DNA of 64,000 bases, taken from Octopus vulgaris (lineage: Eukaryota). Of the stretch, positions 39,888-53,554 are shown piece after piece (the first letter of the stretch is position 1; each line of letters begins with the position of its first letter). Under the pieces are notes generated by a model, which saw only the letters and a list, made by a program, of their open reading frames with translations, was not told the origin of the DNA and searched no databases. The stretch covers positions 32,860,001 through 32,924,000 of the forward strand of contig OX597825.1 of assembly GCA_951406725.2 (NCBI GenBank), written 5' to 3'. Both the position numbers and the translations under genes were made by a program.

Positions 39888-42818
39888 GTATATATGAATA
39901 CAAACATATTGTTAATGTACAAAGTATACATAAATATATATATGTGTATATATATACATATGTATGTATATGTATATATGTATATATTTATTCATATATA
40001 TGCGTATGTGCGCACACAGACATATAAAATAAGCGTCGCATATATATTAGACTATATTTTTAAAGAGTGACAGGATTTTAGGTTCACCTTCCATCAAAGA
40101 ACACTTCAAGCAAAATTACAGATTTTTGAAAAATTATTACTTTTACATTATTACATGATTTTTTTATCCTCGGAATTTGATTTGGCAACAAATTCACATC
40201 AGCCTCACAGGTCTGAGAAGGCCTAGAGGAACATGGACTTTGTCCTTTCTTGCAGACCTCAGAAAAGACAAAAGAAATGTATAATAACGAAGTAGAAATT
40301 AGTAACTATAATACTTGATATACAAAAAAAAAACGGGATTGTGAAATCTTGAGTATCTTTTGATTATAAAGTTAGCTCTTTTGTATATGACCCGGGGCTA
40401 AATATATGGAATTTCTCACATAAGAGAAGGCTCAAAAATCTAGCTCAAGGGGATAAAATAGGTCCTTTATTGTATTTGGAAGAATACATCATGGCGACCG
40501 TTGAAAAAAATATGGAATTTGGTACAGGGTTTGCGTATGAGAAATCCAAGAATTGCTTACAGAAAACAAATCTATTGAAATCTTCCAAAGAGTCTAATTT
40601 TATTTTCTAATTAGTTTAATGAAGATTCTTTTTGCCACATAGCAATCATAACTTGTCTGAAATGATCAACTGAAAAATTCAGAAAAGATTGCGCTTTCAA
40701 CCGACAAAATCCTTTGGAAATGACACCTTTAGGTTAAAGTTAAGTTTTTTGTCAATCAAGGTAACAAATCACTCATTGTCTACAATGGAAGTTTCACTGC
40801 ACGAAACTACGAAGAATAGCACCGAAATTTCCCTCCAATCACACACAAAAACCCGGGAAAAAAACCACATTAGATAATATGATTTCGAGTGCCCTATGAC
40901 AGGAAAAAATACCGGATGGGACGAATGTGATGTTTTTGGCCATAGATTTCATCACTCAAGAGTATCAAAAGAGCGACACCTTTATCTGAAACAATTATTT
41001 TGGCGATATATCAAGTCGATGTAGCTTTTAATTCAGCAAATCAAAATGATTCTCAAAGATTATAAACTTAGATTTCGTTTACTAAGCGGGAAAGTCCTCG
41101 GATATGAAACCTTCCTGAAATGTATGGCAGAGTTCAAAGTTTGAATTGAAGACCTTTGAAGTGTAACGAAGTTCTATTTGCACCAATTGTATAAAAAACA
41201 AAACCTTGTTGATAGTTTAATGGCTTCAAACTTATACAGAAAGACAGAAATTTAAGGGGAAAACATTCGATAATAACGATTTAGGTTTTAACTGACATTT
41301 TTCTTTATCGACTGTGGAAAGATGAAGGCTAGACTTGTCACTAGCGGGATTGGAACTTAAAATGTAATGTGGTTAGTGATAATTCATTAATGCAACGCAA
41401 TTTCTTCGTTGCTTTAAATGTTATAACTATAAATCGCCCTCTCTGGCAGTATAATTAAAACAAAAAATTAACATGTAATTATGCCGGAAACATTGATTAT
41501 TAAATTTTTGATTATGAATTTTGTATAAAACATATTCTTTTTTAAATTTGAATATAGCAAGATGATTCAATGTAAACGAAAATTAAAATTTCGTTTGGAA
41601 AAAAAAGCCAATCGTTTCACAGTGTTTTTTCCGAGTTTTTATTTTCATTTTTATTTTCATTTATTTGTTTATTTGTTAAAGGTGTAGAAAAAGTGGAAAT
41701 AAAATGTAAACACATATACGAAAGTAGAAAGTAAATTAAGAACGCTATGTTCAAGAGAAAAAATATGTAGGATAAATACTAAATATACATGTTTACACAT
41801 GTATTCATGCACACACACATACACCACACGCACTCACACACATACATATACATACACGCACATGTAGTATATACATATACATGTGTGCGTATGTTTATGT
41901 ACATATACATACATATTTACACGTATGGAGGGGAGTACGTATGTATGTACGTACTATGTATGTATATATGTATGTATGTAGAAAACATGTCCAGAAATCG
42001 TAATGCCAATTGATCCAAAATAAATCGAGTGAAGTCAAAACAGGACAGAAATACAATGAAAGACTTTAAGTCCCTGCTTTACATTTCTGAGTTCAAATTT
42101 TACATTGATGCATTTTTAATTCCATCATTCTAAAATCGATAACTAATGTACTAATAATGATGTACAAAATTAGCTACCAGCAAAATTTATGCCTCAAAGA
42201 TAATTATACATATCATATTGGTTTCAAATTTTAGTACAAGGCCAGCATTTTGGGGGGAGGAGGTAAGTCGATTACAACATGGGTGTTTCATTCAACATCC
42301 TTAAACAACTTTTATTCAGGGACCTTTTGAACGAGATGGGCTACTCGACCTGAAGAAAATTCTAACTAGGGTCCCACCGGTAAGATCATGCACTGTTTAC
42401 TTTATATGAATGAGATCACCATGTCGCGCACATATGGTTGTGATGCATGTGCCTGGTGCACCCTTATCAGATGGGTAGTCATGATGGGTAAATTGGGCTT
42501 TGTATATTTGTACCCTTGTGTCACTTTGATGGCGTGCTTTGCTCTATCACTCAATAATATCATTACTGCATTGACCAGACTATCTGACGTTGGCCTAAAT
42601 GCGCTTCTCAGGCTAAGTGAACAGACCTAAGATGTATAAATAGCCAAGATCAGGACATTCCCTCCTAAACGGAACGTCGTGTGGAGTGAAGCAACATGGA
42701 ATAAAGTGCCTTGCTCAAGAATACAACACACCTCCCAGTCGGAAATAGAAACCAGGGTCTTGAAATCGTAACAGCTTATCAACTTGGGCGCACACCTTTA
42801 CATACACTATATTATATT

Positions 42819-43040
42819 AAGGTGGCGAGCTAGCAGAATTCTTAGCGTGTCGGACAAAATGCTTAGCAACATTTCTTCCGAATCTTAGCATTCTGATTTC
42901 AAACTCCACCGAGTTCGACTTTGCCTTTCATATTTCAGGGTCCATATAATAAGTATTAATCGAGTACTGGGGGTCGATGTAATCGACTCGTTCCCTCCAC
43001 TTAAATTCCAGGTTTTGTATCAATAGAAGAAAGAATCATA
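42819..43040 (+). mobile_element. SINE family A, older copy
   Basis: ggtggcgagctagcagaatt...gactttgcctttcat...gggggtcgatgtaatcgact. Confidence 0.8.
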
Positions 43041-43661
43041 TTATTTACTATCTTGTTTCACGGAAATTCGACGGTTGTAAACATCAAATTTCTGTTTTCT
43101 TGATATCCTTTCTCTCGTCTGCTGGGAATACTCATTGCGTTGTATTACATTCGTATTTTCTTCTGATGTGCCCTATAACTTCTCGTTCTTTCCCCCTCTC
43201 TCTCTCTCTTTCTTCCTCCAGACCCTCTCTCTCTCACGTTCCCTCTTTCGTTCATTGTCCCTATTTTATTAGATGGGAAAAATATAAATGGCTGACGCTT
43301 CGTTGTCTAGCAGACGACAATTACTTGTATTAAGGCGCATGCGTTAAATGATTGCGTAACTGTAAAAAGAATAATAGATTTTAGTTGAATAAGACAAAAG
43401 AAAAAACCTACAGTCTTCATCGTTACCTTTTTACCACTAACAACCACCACTATCACCTTTATTAATCAACATTCACACTTCTCAAGTCACTACATTAACA
43501 TTAAACTACTACAGTTCGAAGTATATTACGTGTCTGCGAATGCGGATGTGTGTGTGTGATTATATGAATAGCATTCTTTATTTCTAAGCTTTTTGACCGT
43601 TACTGCTACCTCTGCTAAACACTCTACTTCCTTTACATCGCTATTAACCCCTCTCTCTCTG

Positions 43662-43733
<72 letters not shown>

Positions 43734-44126
43734 AATCAATCTCTCTTCATCCCTTCGCTCTCATTTTTCCATTTCTAACTTTTGCCTGCCATTTCTACTC
43801 AGTATAATTCCTCCCTATCTTAATGCTATATTGAAAGTGTCACAGACGTATGCAGGTAAAACCGTATTAATATTATAGATTAGCTTCGTATTACTGCAGA
43901 AGAGACAACCTACATAACTAAACCTAATAATCAAAATATTGTCTAATAATATTTATATCTCATGGGTATTGTTTGTCATGTTTTTGCTGCTTACCTTCCT
44001 TCGAATCTGAAGTGCAACTTGTGAACGAAAATTTGTGTGTGTGTGTGTGTAAATGTATATACTCATATATATCTAATGAATGAAACAAAGTAAAAGGGTA
44101 TACATATTATAATGCACATTTATATT

Positions 44127-44157
<31 letters not shown>

Positions 44158-44260
44158 AACTGAGGAAAGGAAATATATATATATCATGTATAATATACGT
44201 ATATATAATATGTATGTATCATATATTATGTTATATATGTATATATATAATATACGTATA

Positions 44261-44310
<50 letters not shown>

Positions 44311-44312
<2 letters not shown>

Positions 44313-44479
44313 CGTAGGCGTAGGCGTGGCTGTGTGATAAGCAGTTTGCCTCCCAACCACATGTTTCCAAGTTCAGTCCCACTGCGTGGCACCTTGAGCA
44401 AGTGTCTTCTACTATAGCCGTGGACTGACAAAAGCCTTGTGAGTGGATTTGGTTGACAGAAACCGAAAGAAGACTGTCG

Positions 44480-44481
<2 letters not shown>
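44311..44481 (+). mobile_element. SINE family B head with 5' (ggcgta) stutter
   Basis: ggcgtaggcgtaggcgtggctgtgtg...gtcccactgcgtggcaccttgagcaagtgtc. Confidence 0.85.
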
Positions 44482-44520
<39 letters not shown>

Positions 44521-44532
44521 TGCAGACGGAAT

Positions 44533-44583
44533 TTTGTCAGTGAACTGGTCGCGGTCTCAAAGCGACGAAAATATTTTGGCAAA
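44533..44583 (+). ncRNA. Minimal type I HHR-like motif, G3-C8 variant
   Basis: tttgtca-GTGAACT-g-gtcgc-ggtctcaaa-gcgac-GAAA-ATAT-TT-tggcaaa; stem I 7 bp (one G-U), stem II 5 bp, palindromic stem III AATATT. Confidence 0.6.
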
Positions 44584-45537
44584 TTAAATTTAAATGTTGA
44601 AGTGAATCTAACGGTTTTTGTGTGTTTCTTGAATGGCTTATAAACATCTTCCATGCTGCAATTGTTTATATATATATACATATATATCATAAATAAGTGT
44701 ATTTGCTGACGTAATTGTCCCTAACTTAATGCAACAAAGTGTTCCCTGATTATCCGTTTTGGTTAAGCATTCAATGCACTTAGAACACCCAATGAAGGGT
44801 TACAAACAAATTTAATTGCGAACCCTGATATAATCTCACTTCTATTTGCTAATTTATATATTCTGTGTATTAAACTTTGTATTCTCGACCTAGGAGGTCA
44901 TTAATTAAAAATTAGCAGAGTTATTCCGAGGTAGTATGGTGCCTGCTTGCTTGTTTGAAGCTTCTATTGTTCTTATAGCTAAGTCTGTATCTCATATTTC
45001 GGAAGAGTTACCTTTAGGACTATGAAATTCACCATCTTTCTATAGCTATTTTCTAACACCTTAAAAAGTATTGAGCCACTCTGAACTAGGGTGCCGTCCT
45101 CTTACCAAGTGCGGGACGTATCATTAATACAAACAAAGAAAAATTAACGAATGTACAAAATCTTAGACGGACAGACGGATATGTGATTCACGTGCATGTA
45201 CTAAGTCGTCACTTGCAAGCGAGTGCCACAAGTTGTTTTAGATATGTATGTAGTGGCGCGCTGACATCGATACCCTCTCTTAACCCAACGGAGCATTATA
45301 GATAAAACAGCTGTAAAGAGCTAGAGCAGTCGGATGCTATTTATTTTCAAGTGAGTAGACTGGAACAGCAAGAAATTAAATGCCCTGCTTCAAGGATATA
45401 AGCCAACGTTTGATCCAGGATTCGAACCATTGCCATTACGATCGTGAACTAAACATCTCTAACTACTTGACCTCGCGCCTTAACACGTACACATACAGAA
45501 ACATGAAGATTGGTTGTATTATATTAGTGTTGCTAAA

Positions 45538-45755
45538 GCGTCGAGCTGGCAGAATTGTTAGCACGCTGGACGAAATGCTTTGCGGTATTTCGCCCGTCGC
45601 TACGTTCTGAGTTCAAATTCCGCCGAGGACGACTTTGCCTTTCATCCTTTCGAGGTCGATAAATTAAGTACCAGTGAAACACTGGGGTCGATGTAATCGA
45701 CTAATCCTCTCCCCACAAATTTCAGGCTTTATGCCTATAAAGTAGAAAGGATTAT
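45538..45755 (+). mobile_element. SINE family A
   Basis: gcgtcgagctggcagaattgttagcac...gcctataaagtagaaaggattat. Confidence 0.85.
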
Positions 45756-45762
45756 ATCAGTG

Positions 45763-46239
45763 GATTATATATGAAGGATTATATATGAAGGCAGCGAGCT
45801 GACAGAAACGTTAGCATGCCGGGCGAAATGCGTAGCCGTATTTCGTCTGCCGATACGTTCTGAGTTCAATTTCCGCCGAGGTCAACTTTGCCTTTCATCC
45901 TTTCGGGGTCGATAAATTAAGTACCAGTTACGCACTGGGGTCGATGTAATCGACTTAATCCCTTTATCTGTCCTTGTTTGTCCCCTCTATGTTTAGCCCC
46001 CTTGTGGGCAATAAAGAAATAAGAAACGTTAGCATGCCGGGCGAAATGCTTAGCAGTATTTCGTCTGTCTTTACGTTCTGAGTTCAAATTTCGCTGAGGT
46101 CATCTTTACCTTTCATCCTTTCAGGGCTCAATAAATTAAGTACCAGTCACGCACTGGGGTCGATATAATCGACTTAATCCCTTTTTCTGTCCTTGTTTGT
46201 CCCCTCTACGTTTAGCCCCTTGTGGGCAATAAAGAAATA
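45763..46239 (+). mobile_element. Dimeric SINE family A with 19-bp TSD
   Basis: agaaaggattatatcagtg at 45744-45762 and 46240-46258. Confidence 0.85.
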
Positions 46240-46253
46240 AGAAAGGATTATAT

Positions 46254-46503
46254 CAGTGTTTCTTAACCATTTGGTCGCCGATGGAATCCCTTTGATTCCT
46301 ATTTTACTTCACTAGACCGTCATAGCTATTCCACGTTTAAAAAACACTGTTTTTTAATTCTAAATTACTCGGAATTTTATCAGAAGATTATTAAAATGTT
46401 TTGTGTATTGTAGAAGTATAACCTACTTATTGCTGATAAATTTTAACAATAAAATCTTATTTGGACCCCCAAGGCCAAGATGGACCCCAATTGAGAACTA
46501 CTG
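46254..46503. mobile_element. hAT (Charlie-like) MITE
   Basis: TIRs cagtgtttcttaacc / aattgagaactactg; 8-bp flanks gattatat vs tattataa (6/8). Confidence 0.75.
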
Positions 46504-47640
46504 TATTATAATAACGTTGGTGTGTTTTATATGAATTTTAATTTTACACGTCTCCATTGTAGATGATCGGGGGGTAAAGTTTTATAATGTGTGTCCCTTC
46601 ATTATCAATGTCACATATATGAATTCTCGTTCTTTTACAATCGAGGGAATTGTCCCATTTTTAAAAGGAGCTAAATGTACTACTTTAAACAGTGCTCCCA
46701 TGAGATAGAGAGACAGAGAGAGAGAGGAATAATACTCGTGGGACTGGAATCCTCGTCTCCGCTTTAACTTCTCAAGGGAATGAACAAATATACATCAGAG
46801 TGTAATGGGCGCGTAGTTGAGAACACGTATATTGCTTGACTACACACTCACATCTATAATAGACTCTATTTCGCTGTGTGTGTGCAGTCAATAATTTTAT
46901 GCGTAGACGATTAATCACAACACTCAAGCTTTATGTGTGTGCGCGCGTGCGTGGTAATTTCAATATGGTGTAGCTTTGATTTTTGTTACAAAGACGTCGA
47001 AAATTTTTTTGATTGTGTGCGTATGTTTATTGTTGCTTTTTTGCGTTTGTTTTCGTAATTTTTTTTTTTCTCACAATACTAATGTTCCAAGACCCATTGT
47101 ATCATTGGCACTTCAAGAACTACATGGCTTTATATACTGAACGAAATCATTTGAAGTGGTGATTATTATTGGCATTCTTGGTTCTTGGTGAGAAATATGG
47201 AAACGATGCTAATGTTTATTTGCCGCTTATCATTGGTCGTCTGCGCATTTCAAATATTTTTTTTTCACCGAAGGCATTGGGTTACAATTAGTAAACTGAC
47301 ATATGAAACTAAATCATATTATTAAATTATATTATTATAACTGAACTAAATCATATTATTATAACTGGAAGAGACCTGAAGCCAAATAAATATAAACAGA
47401 CATACAAACAGAAGTCTCATGCTTTTCTCCAAGAACAAACAGTTCCTTCTTTGAAAATGTTTTCAATAAAAACAAAAGTAAATGAAATTCTTCAAATATC
47501 GACGGTACAAATAAATCTAGGAACATTGTTATTCCAAACCAAACATAAATTGTTAAGTACAAACATTAACATACAAGAAAACGTGTGCAGAATTAAATTT
47601 TTAACAATGCGTACTTAACACAGAAGTGAGCGTATATGTA

Positions 47641-47885
47641 GAGGTGTATGGATCAGTTTACATGGGTGTTGCGCGCACCAAACATAAGATTGGGGTTTCG
47701 ACTCCTGGACCGGGACATGTGTGGCATTCTTGAGTAAAACACTTCATTTCATGTTACTCCGTCCAGCTGGCAAAAAAGAGCAAATCTGCGATATACCGCC
47801 GTCCCATCCAGAGCGGGGTTATATACAGCACAGAATCTGGGAAACTGGCCTTATGAATCTATGGTCGAAAAGGACCTTTGATCAG
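47641..47885 (+). mobile_element. SINE family D-like head
   Basis: gaggtgtatggatcagt...gggtttcgactcctgg...tgtggcattcttgagtaaaacacttcatttcatgttactcc. Confidence 0.6.
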
Positions 47886-48089
47886 TGTATGTGTGTGTGT
47901 GTGTGTGTACTTTACTGTTTGGAATTGACTCACTAACAGTCATGTCCTAGCATACCGTCCTCTCTCTCTCTCTTTCTCCCTCTCTTTTATCGATACTATA
48001 ATGGTGTCTGATTCTCGTAAGCGATTCGTCGTGTACCTCCATCTCCCAGGCATTCTCAACCTACTTACTGTTCTTGTTACGTCTACCCA

Positions 48090-48230
48090 ACCCGATCCTG
48101 CACTAACTTCTAATCCTAATCTTTCCTCGCCCGACATTGGCTTTCTGGAATCTTCTCCCAGCTCGCGCCTTTCCTGCAGATGTTAACCTGAAACGGTTCA
48201 AACGGAACATAAATGGCATCGCGCTCACCA
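48090..48230 (+). pseudogene. 3' end of a CR1/L2-group LINE ORF2
   Basis: RSCTNF*S*SFLAR / FWNLLPARAFPADVNLKRFKRNIN, matching the WNxLP...FK terminus of CR1/L2-group elements. Confidence 0.6.
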
Positions 48231-48829
48231 TCTCAAAGGGCCTGCAAAGGTCACTGAACACTGCCCCTTATTCCAAATTCACCAAGTAATACACAAGCAA
48301 TGCATGTATTTGTACCAGTCGAAGTTTTACGCGGTTCAGTATAGACTACTTCGTGCTTTCTGGTCGCCTCCACAACCTGTCAAATGACAGGGTCCCGAAA
48401 CTAGTGGAATGAAGAACTTATTCTCGAACCGGAAACCTAACCTCCAATGTTTACAACAGAATGGGCTCCACTAACGGTACCCAAGATGCCAGATGGTGGT
48501 ATTAAATCAGGCAGTAAAGTAGGTCACAACAAGATTGAAGCACAGGAAGAAAAGTGCCGGAACATAAAACAAAAGACGTCCACTCCGACATCCTTGCAGT
48601 TCCGCCATTACATTTTTTAATCGTAAGGAGAAAAAGCTGACGTCGACAATATTTTATTTCCGACTAACGAGTTGTCGGAACAACTACTGAGAAACATTGT
48701 TTCCGGCCGTCAAATAATTAAACCAATTCGCCGCTTTCCCTTTCATCTCCATTTGTTTGTTTATTTGTTTGTTTGTTTCCTTTTGTTTTGTTTGGTTGCT
48801 CTTTCTGGAATAGTCTAAATACGAACATT

Positions 48830-49080
48830 TATAAACTGACACTGAGTATTCCACAGACACGTGTACCCTTAACGAAGTTCCCACAGAGATTTAGCGTGAC
48901 ACAGAATGTGACAAGGTTGGCCCTTTGAAATACAGGTACTGCTCATTTTTGCCATTTGAGTGAACAGGAGCAACGTGAAATAAAGTGTCTTGCTCAAGGA
49001 CACAACGCATCATCGAGAATTGAACTTACGACCTTATGGTTGTGAGACGAATACCCTAGCCACTAAGACACGCACCTTCA
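48830..49080 (-). mobile_element. tRNA-headed CORE-like SINE family D
   Basis: Minus strand: gaaggtgcgtgtcttagtggctagggtattc...taagttcaattctc...gtgtccttgagcaagacactttatttcacgttgctcc; relics at 42685-42800, 45340-45485, 58985-59090. Confidence 0.75.
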
Positions 49081-49943
49081 CTACTAACACTTTTGTGCCC
49101 GACGGGATAAAAAGCAAAGTTGAACTCGGCAGAGTTTGAACTCAGGTTACAAAAAACCGAAGTAATACCATGAGGTATTCTGCCTGACGCTTTTCGCAAG
49201 GTAATGAGTCTGGTATGTGTTAGTTTAGTTTCTTTAATTAAGTATTTTTGTAAAGGTATTCATTCAAGTTTATGTAATCGTCGTATTCGATTTACATTTT
49301 AAGTTTATTCTCCCAAGTCGAACTATCAACCTTTGCGAAATAGCCCGGCTTACATGACACCGCCAGCAATAAGGGCTTCCTATGTGAAAAACGACTGTTA
49401 CACACAGTTTGCAATGAGAATCAGCCGGTAAATCGTTCCAGAGCCCCGAAGAACCAATGTGGATGGTAAATATCTAATGAGACCCTTCTTCCCTCCAATA
49501 CTAAAACATAAAAGAAAAGGAAAACATTCACATCCTCCTTATATTATGAGAAGAGTTCTTCTCAGAGACCCCGAAAGTAGCTTAGCTGCACCAAGCTGGT
49601 TATCCCTGTTTGGCTACAATAAACAATAACTTCATTATTCCACTACCACTACTCACCAGAAAACCGATGTAAAGTCAGTCATACACTCAATACAAACTTC
49701 CAGTGACATCTATTCTCTGATATTCTTTCCTTTAATAGCAACACAGTAACACAGAAAACTTCTGTTACACAAAGACTAGGTAGCTGTACAGAGAGTCTAG
49801 TATGGTGGTCGTCGTCGTTCCTCTCGAGGCTAATGTCGTCTGTCACATAATAGATCAACTCCCACCTTTGCTATGATAATGGCTACTAATATAGGTGAAA
49901 GATCAGCCAATCACTTTTCTCTTTTAATAGAAAAATATCACAG

Positions 49944-50035
<92 letters not shown>

Positions 50036-50175
50036 TTCCAACTAAGCTGATGGGACGTGATAAAGTAGGAACAATGAGTCCTTACATGAGTTCTGCTCTT
50101 CAATTGTTAATTTAATCAAATATTCATAAATCAAGAGCTGTATCCAACACGCGCGAACACACACATACATATATG

Positions 50176-50267
<92 letters not shown>

Positions 50268-50343
50268 TGTGTGTGTGTGCGTGTGTGTTTCGTAATTCAT
50301 ATATACTTTACAATATATAAACATATGTATATATATGTATGTG

Positions 50344-50390
<47 letters not shown>

Positions 50391-50496
50391 ATGTATGTAT
50401 GTATACATGAGAGACACACACAGGGAAAGGAAATAACTGTTAGTGTACATGTGTGTGTGTATGTGTACGTGTGTGTGGGTGTGTGTGTATGTGTGT

Positions 50497-50555
<59 letters not shown>

Positions 50556-51520
50556 TGTGTGTTGATGCTAAACGAGATGTAATTTCAGTCAGAAGCATTT
50601 AGCGCTTAAATTATGAGCAATTAACTTAAGGCAATAGAATAAAATTGAATTGGTTTGAAAACGTTTAACTTGCATAAACATTGCCGAACATTTTAAATCG
50701 AAAGCAATTTGCGGATAGAGCAAAGGATTCAACACTTCGCACAAAAATATATCGAATATAGAATATTACCTTTTGTTTATTTCGTTTGTTACTAATTATT
50801 GAGGATCTCGTTGTTGTTCTTGTTGTAGTTGTTGTAAGAGTGTCCAAGTGGCAGAATCATTTGTGCGTTGGACAAAAAGCCTTGGTGACATTTCTTGCTA
50901 TTCGTTATGTTGTGAGTTCAAATTTCGTCTTTGAATCCTTTGGGGTCGATAAAATAAGTTCTAATTGAACAGTGGAGCCCGCATAATCGATTTTCCCCTT
51001 CCCCTAAAAGTGCCGGCCTTCAACCAATATTAGGAATCGTTATTATAATTGCTGTTACTTCTTGTAGTAGTTGTTGTTTTTAGAAGGTTTGCGAAGTGAC
51101 AGAATAGATAAATAAATAATGAAACAGCTTGTATGATATAAAGCACAAAAAAGCGTTGAAATCTCGTCTAAGTGGATAACTTACAGAAGAGATGACGCTA
51201 CGTTTCTTGCCATCACTCCTTGCCATCAAAACATTTGACCTTCAAATGGCTCCGTCTGCTTAGACGTAAAAAGAAATACTATACAGTAAAGAAGAAACAC
51301 TGTAAATCTGGCAAGTGGTTCGGTTCGTGATCTTTTACTGCTGAGTCCAATTGTCAGACCTAAAAAAGAAAAAAAAAACAGAGAAAAAAACGGGAAGTCA
51401 TTCCGATGTATTCTGTATTTAGTTAACGTGAGAGCTTCTGCATGGTTGACCAACCAAACAGAAATAGTAGTTATATATCTCTAAAATCGAAAATCACAAT
51501 ACATACATACATATAAATAT

Positions 51521-51558
<38 letters not shown>

Positions 51559-51684
51559 TAAATTAGAGATAAAACCATTATTAGGCAAATCATACAATGA
51601 AAAACTTAAGCCAATACATAAGATTAATTATTTATATTATTTTAAATATATATCAAATTTATTGAAAAAAGATAATGGGTATAA

Positions 51685-51746
51685 CACTACGATCGTTTCA
51701 TGGCTGTCCAATTCGTATAATTCGAGTTACAGTCAATCTTCAGGTG
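51685..51746 (-). ncRNA. Type I hammerhead ribozyme motif, canonical core
   Basis: cac-CTGAAGA-t-tgactgt...acagcca-t-GAAA-CGATCG-TA-gtg; palindromic stem III ACGATCGT; tail runs into (TA)n at about 51520-51555. Confidence 0.75.
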
Positions 51747-52189
51747 ATTGAAATATCTCTAGGTATAAGTAATGCAGTTGTAGACGATACAAAATGTGTG
51801 TTGTAAAAAACATTAGACGCTTATGGTTGGAATACCTGTGTTTAAAGATTTTGTTCAGTCGTTACTGGTCTGATCTGGTGCTGAAGAGCGACACCAGCAA
51901 CAAATGCGACGACGATGACAAGAACAACACAGCTGGTGTTACTCTGCAAAACGGCAAGCAATAGCCCCATAATTCATATCTATACTCCCTAGATTTACCA
52001 CTGTTGGAACGTTTCCAAAAAATACCAGACCTTTGTGAGATTGCCATTATTCAAAGTGATCAGAAGTTTGCTTCCTTACCACATGGTTCCGGGTTCAGTC
52101 CCGCAGAATGGAACGTTGGCCAAGTCTCTACTTTGACAGCGGGCGACTAAAGCTTTGTGAGTGGATTTTGGTAGACGAATGTAGTCGAT

Positions 52190-52340
52190 TCAAATAAGCA
52201 GGAAAAATTAACGGACAAGATGGCTACAAGAAATGTATTAGCTTGACGCGCGGTAAAAAGAGAGACTTTGACGTTTCAGAGCATTGTTCTCCGTCGGAAA
52301 GGAGAAAGAGAAAAGTGCAAAGAAGGAAAAGAAATTACAT
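52190..52340 (-). mobile_element. Family E-related module with degenerate HHR (52266-52301)
   Basis: Minus strand: cttt-CCGACGG-agaacaatgctct-GAAACGT-C-aaag. Confidence 0.5.
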
Positions 52341-53523
52341 TTATGGTAAATATTTTTCTGTGTTGACCTCTATACTTGATGTATCGGAACAGCGAGAGTT
52401 AAATTTCTTGGCTAAATGATCAGCAACGCTCCAATGTTGAAATACGAACAATCGGTTGAGGATATTAACTTCTATTTTATACAAGTTGTTCCATTTATTG
52501 TTTGTTGTTAATGCTGTTTAGGCCAGATCGTGATGACTTATTGTCAAATACGCTCCAACTATGACAACTCTGTCCATCCTTTAGACAATGTAGTTAGGGC
52601 TACGCCATTCATTTTGTGCTTCTGACGTTCACATTTTTTAAGAGAATACGACATAATTTGAGGAAGATTTAGAAGCTATTTCTATGAGGTCAAGCCATGG
52701 CGTAGATGCTATCTCCTCGAATTGCTTCCTTTTCTTTTTCTTTTTTCTTTTTCCTTATTTGTTTTTATCTGCAATGCTAAGATTAATGAGAATAAGTAAC
52801 GGTTGAATCGATACGATAGCAAAAAAGTCAGTCAGCTGGATCAGTGGTTCGTGTTGTATCAGCGGCGTTTGCGCTATAAAATTGACGAATTACAATGCTT
52901 AGCATTACAACGTAACTTGCAGTGACCACTTCTTATTCTTCCTGGGAGAATTTGGTCATGATATAATACCCAACAATACGACCATATTTTTAATTTTATC
53001 TCCATCACTGGACTCGAGTGGACTCGAAAATAAATGGACTTCAGTGAGCAGTAAAAATATGAGAATGTTCATGATTATGAATGGTTGCATTAGGCTGTGT
53101 GCGTATTTCATGGTATGTATATGCGTCATTTGTGTCTCACGGCTTGTTTATCAAAATAGTAGCATAAATATTTGGGCGCACAATGGCCGAATGGTTAAGT
53201 TGTTTGATTCGCAGTCACGAGATCCCAGGCTCGATCCTCACTGCGTGGCATGTTGGGAAAATGTCATTTATTATAGCTCTACGTCGATCTCAGCCTAGTG
53301 ACCTGACATTTAGGTTGACGGAAAGTATTTAGAATCGTGTGCTGAATGAATTCAAATGACAAGCATTGACATATACAATAAAGCTGATTCTGTCAGTGGA
53401 TTAAATTAAAGGAGTTGTGGAATACTCAGCCAGTTGGTTGAATAACTGAATACACAGCGTCGAAACCAACAGAAACTCCTCCTCTTATTTTACTTTCTTT
53501 TATATGTATGTGTGCGTGCGTGC

Positions 53524-53554
<31 letters not shown>

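Noticed and set aside
40070-40560. Possible DNA-transposon relic
   Set aside because: Could not define TIRs, TSD or coding remnants by eye.
42280-42560. ORF 42388-42630
   Set aside because: Looks like a retroelement 3' UTR fragment; no second copy or domain in the window to support a call.
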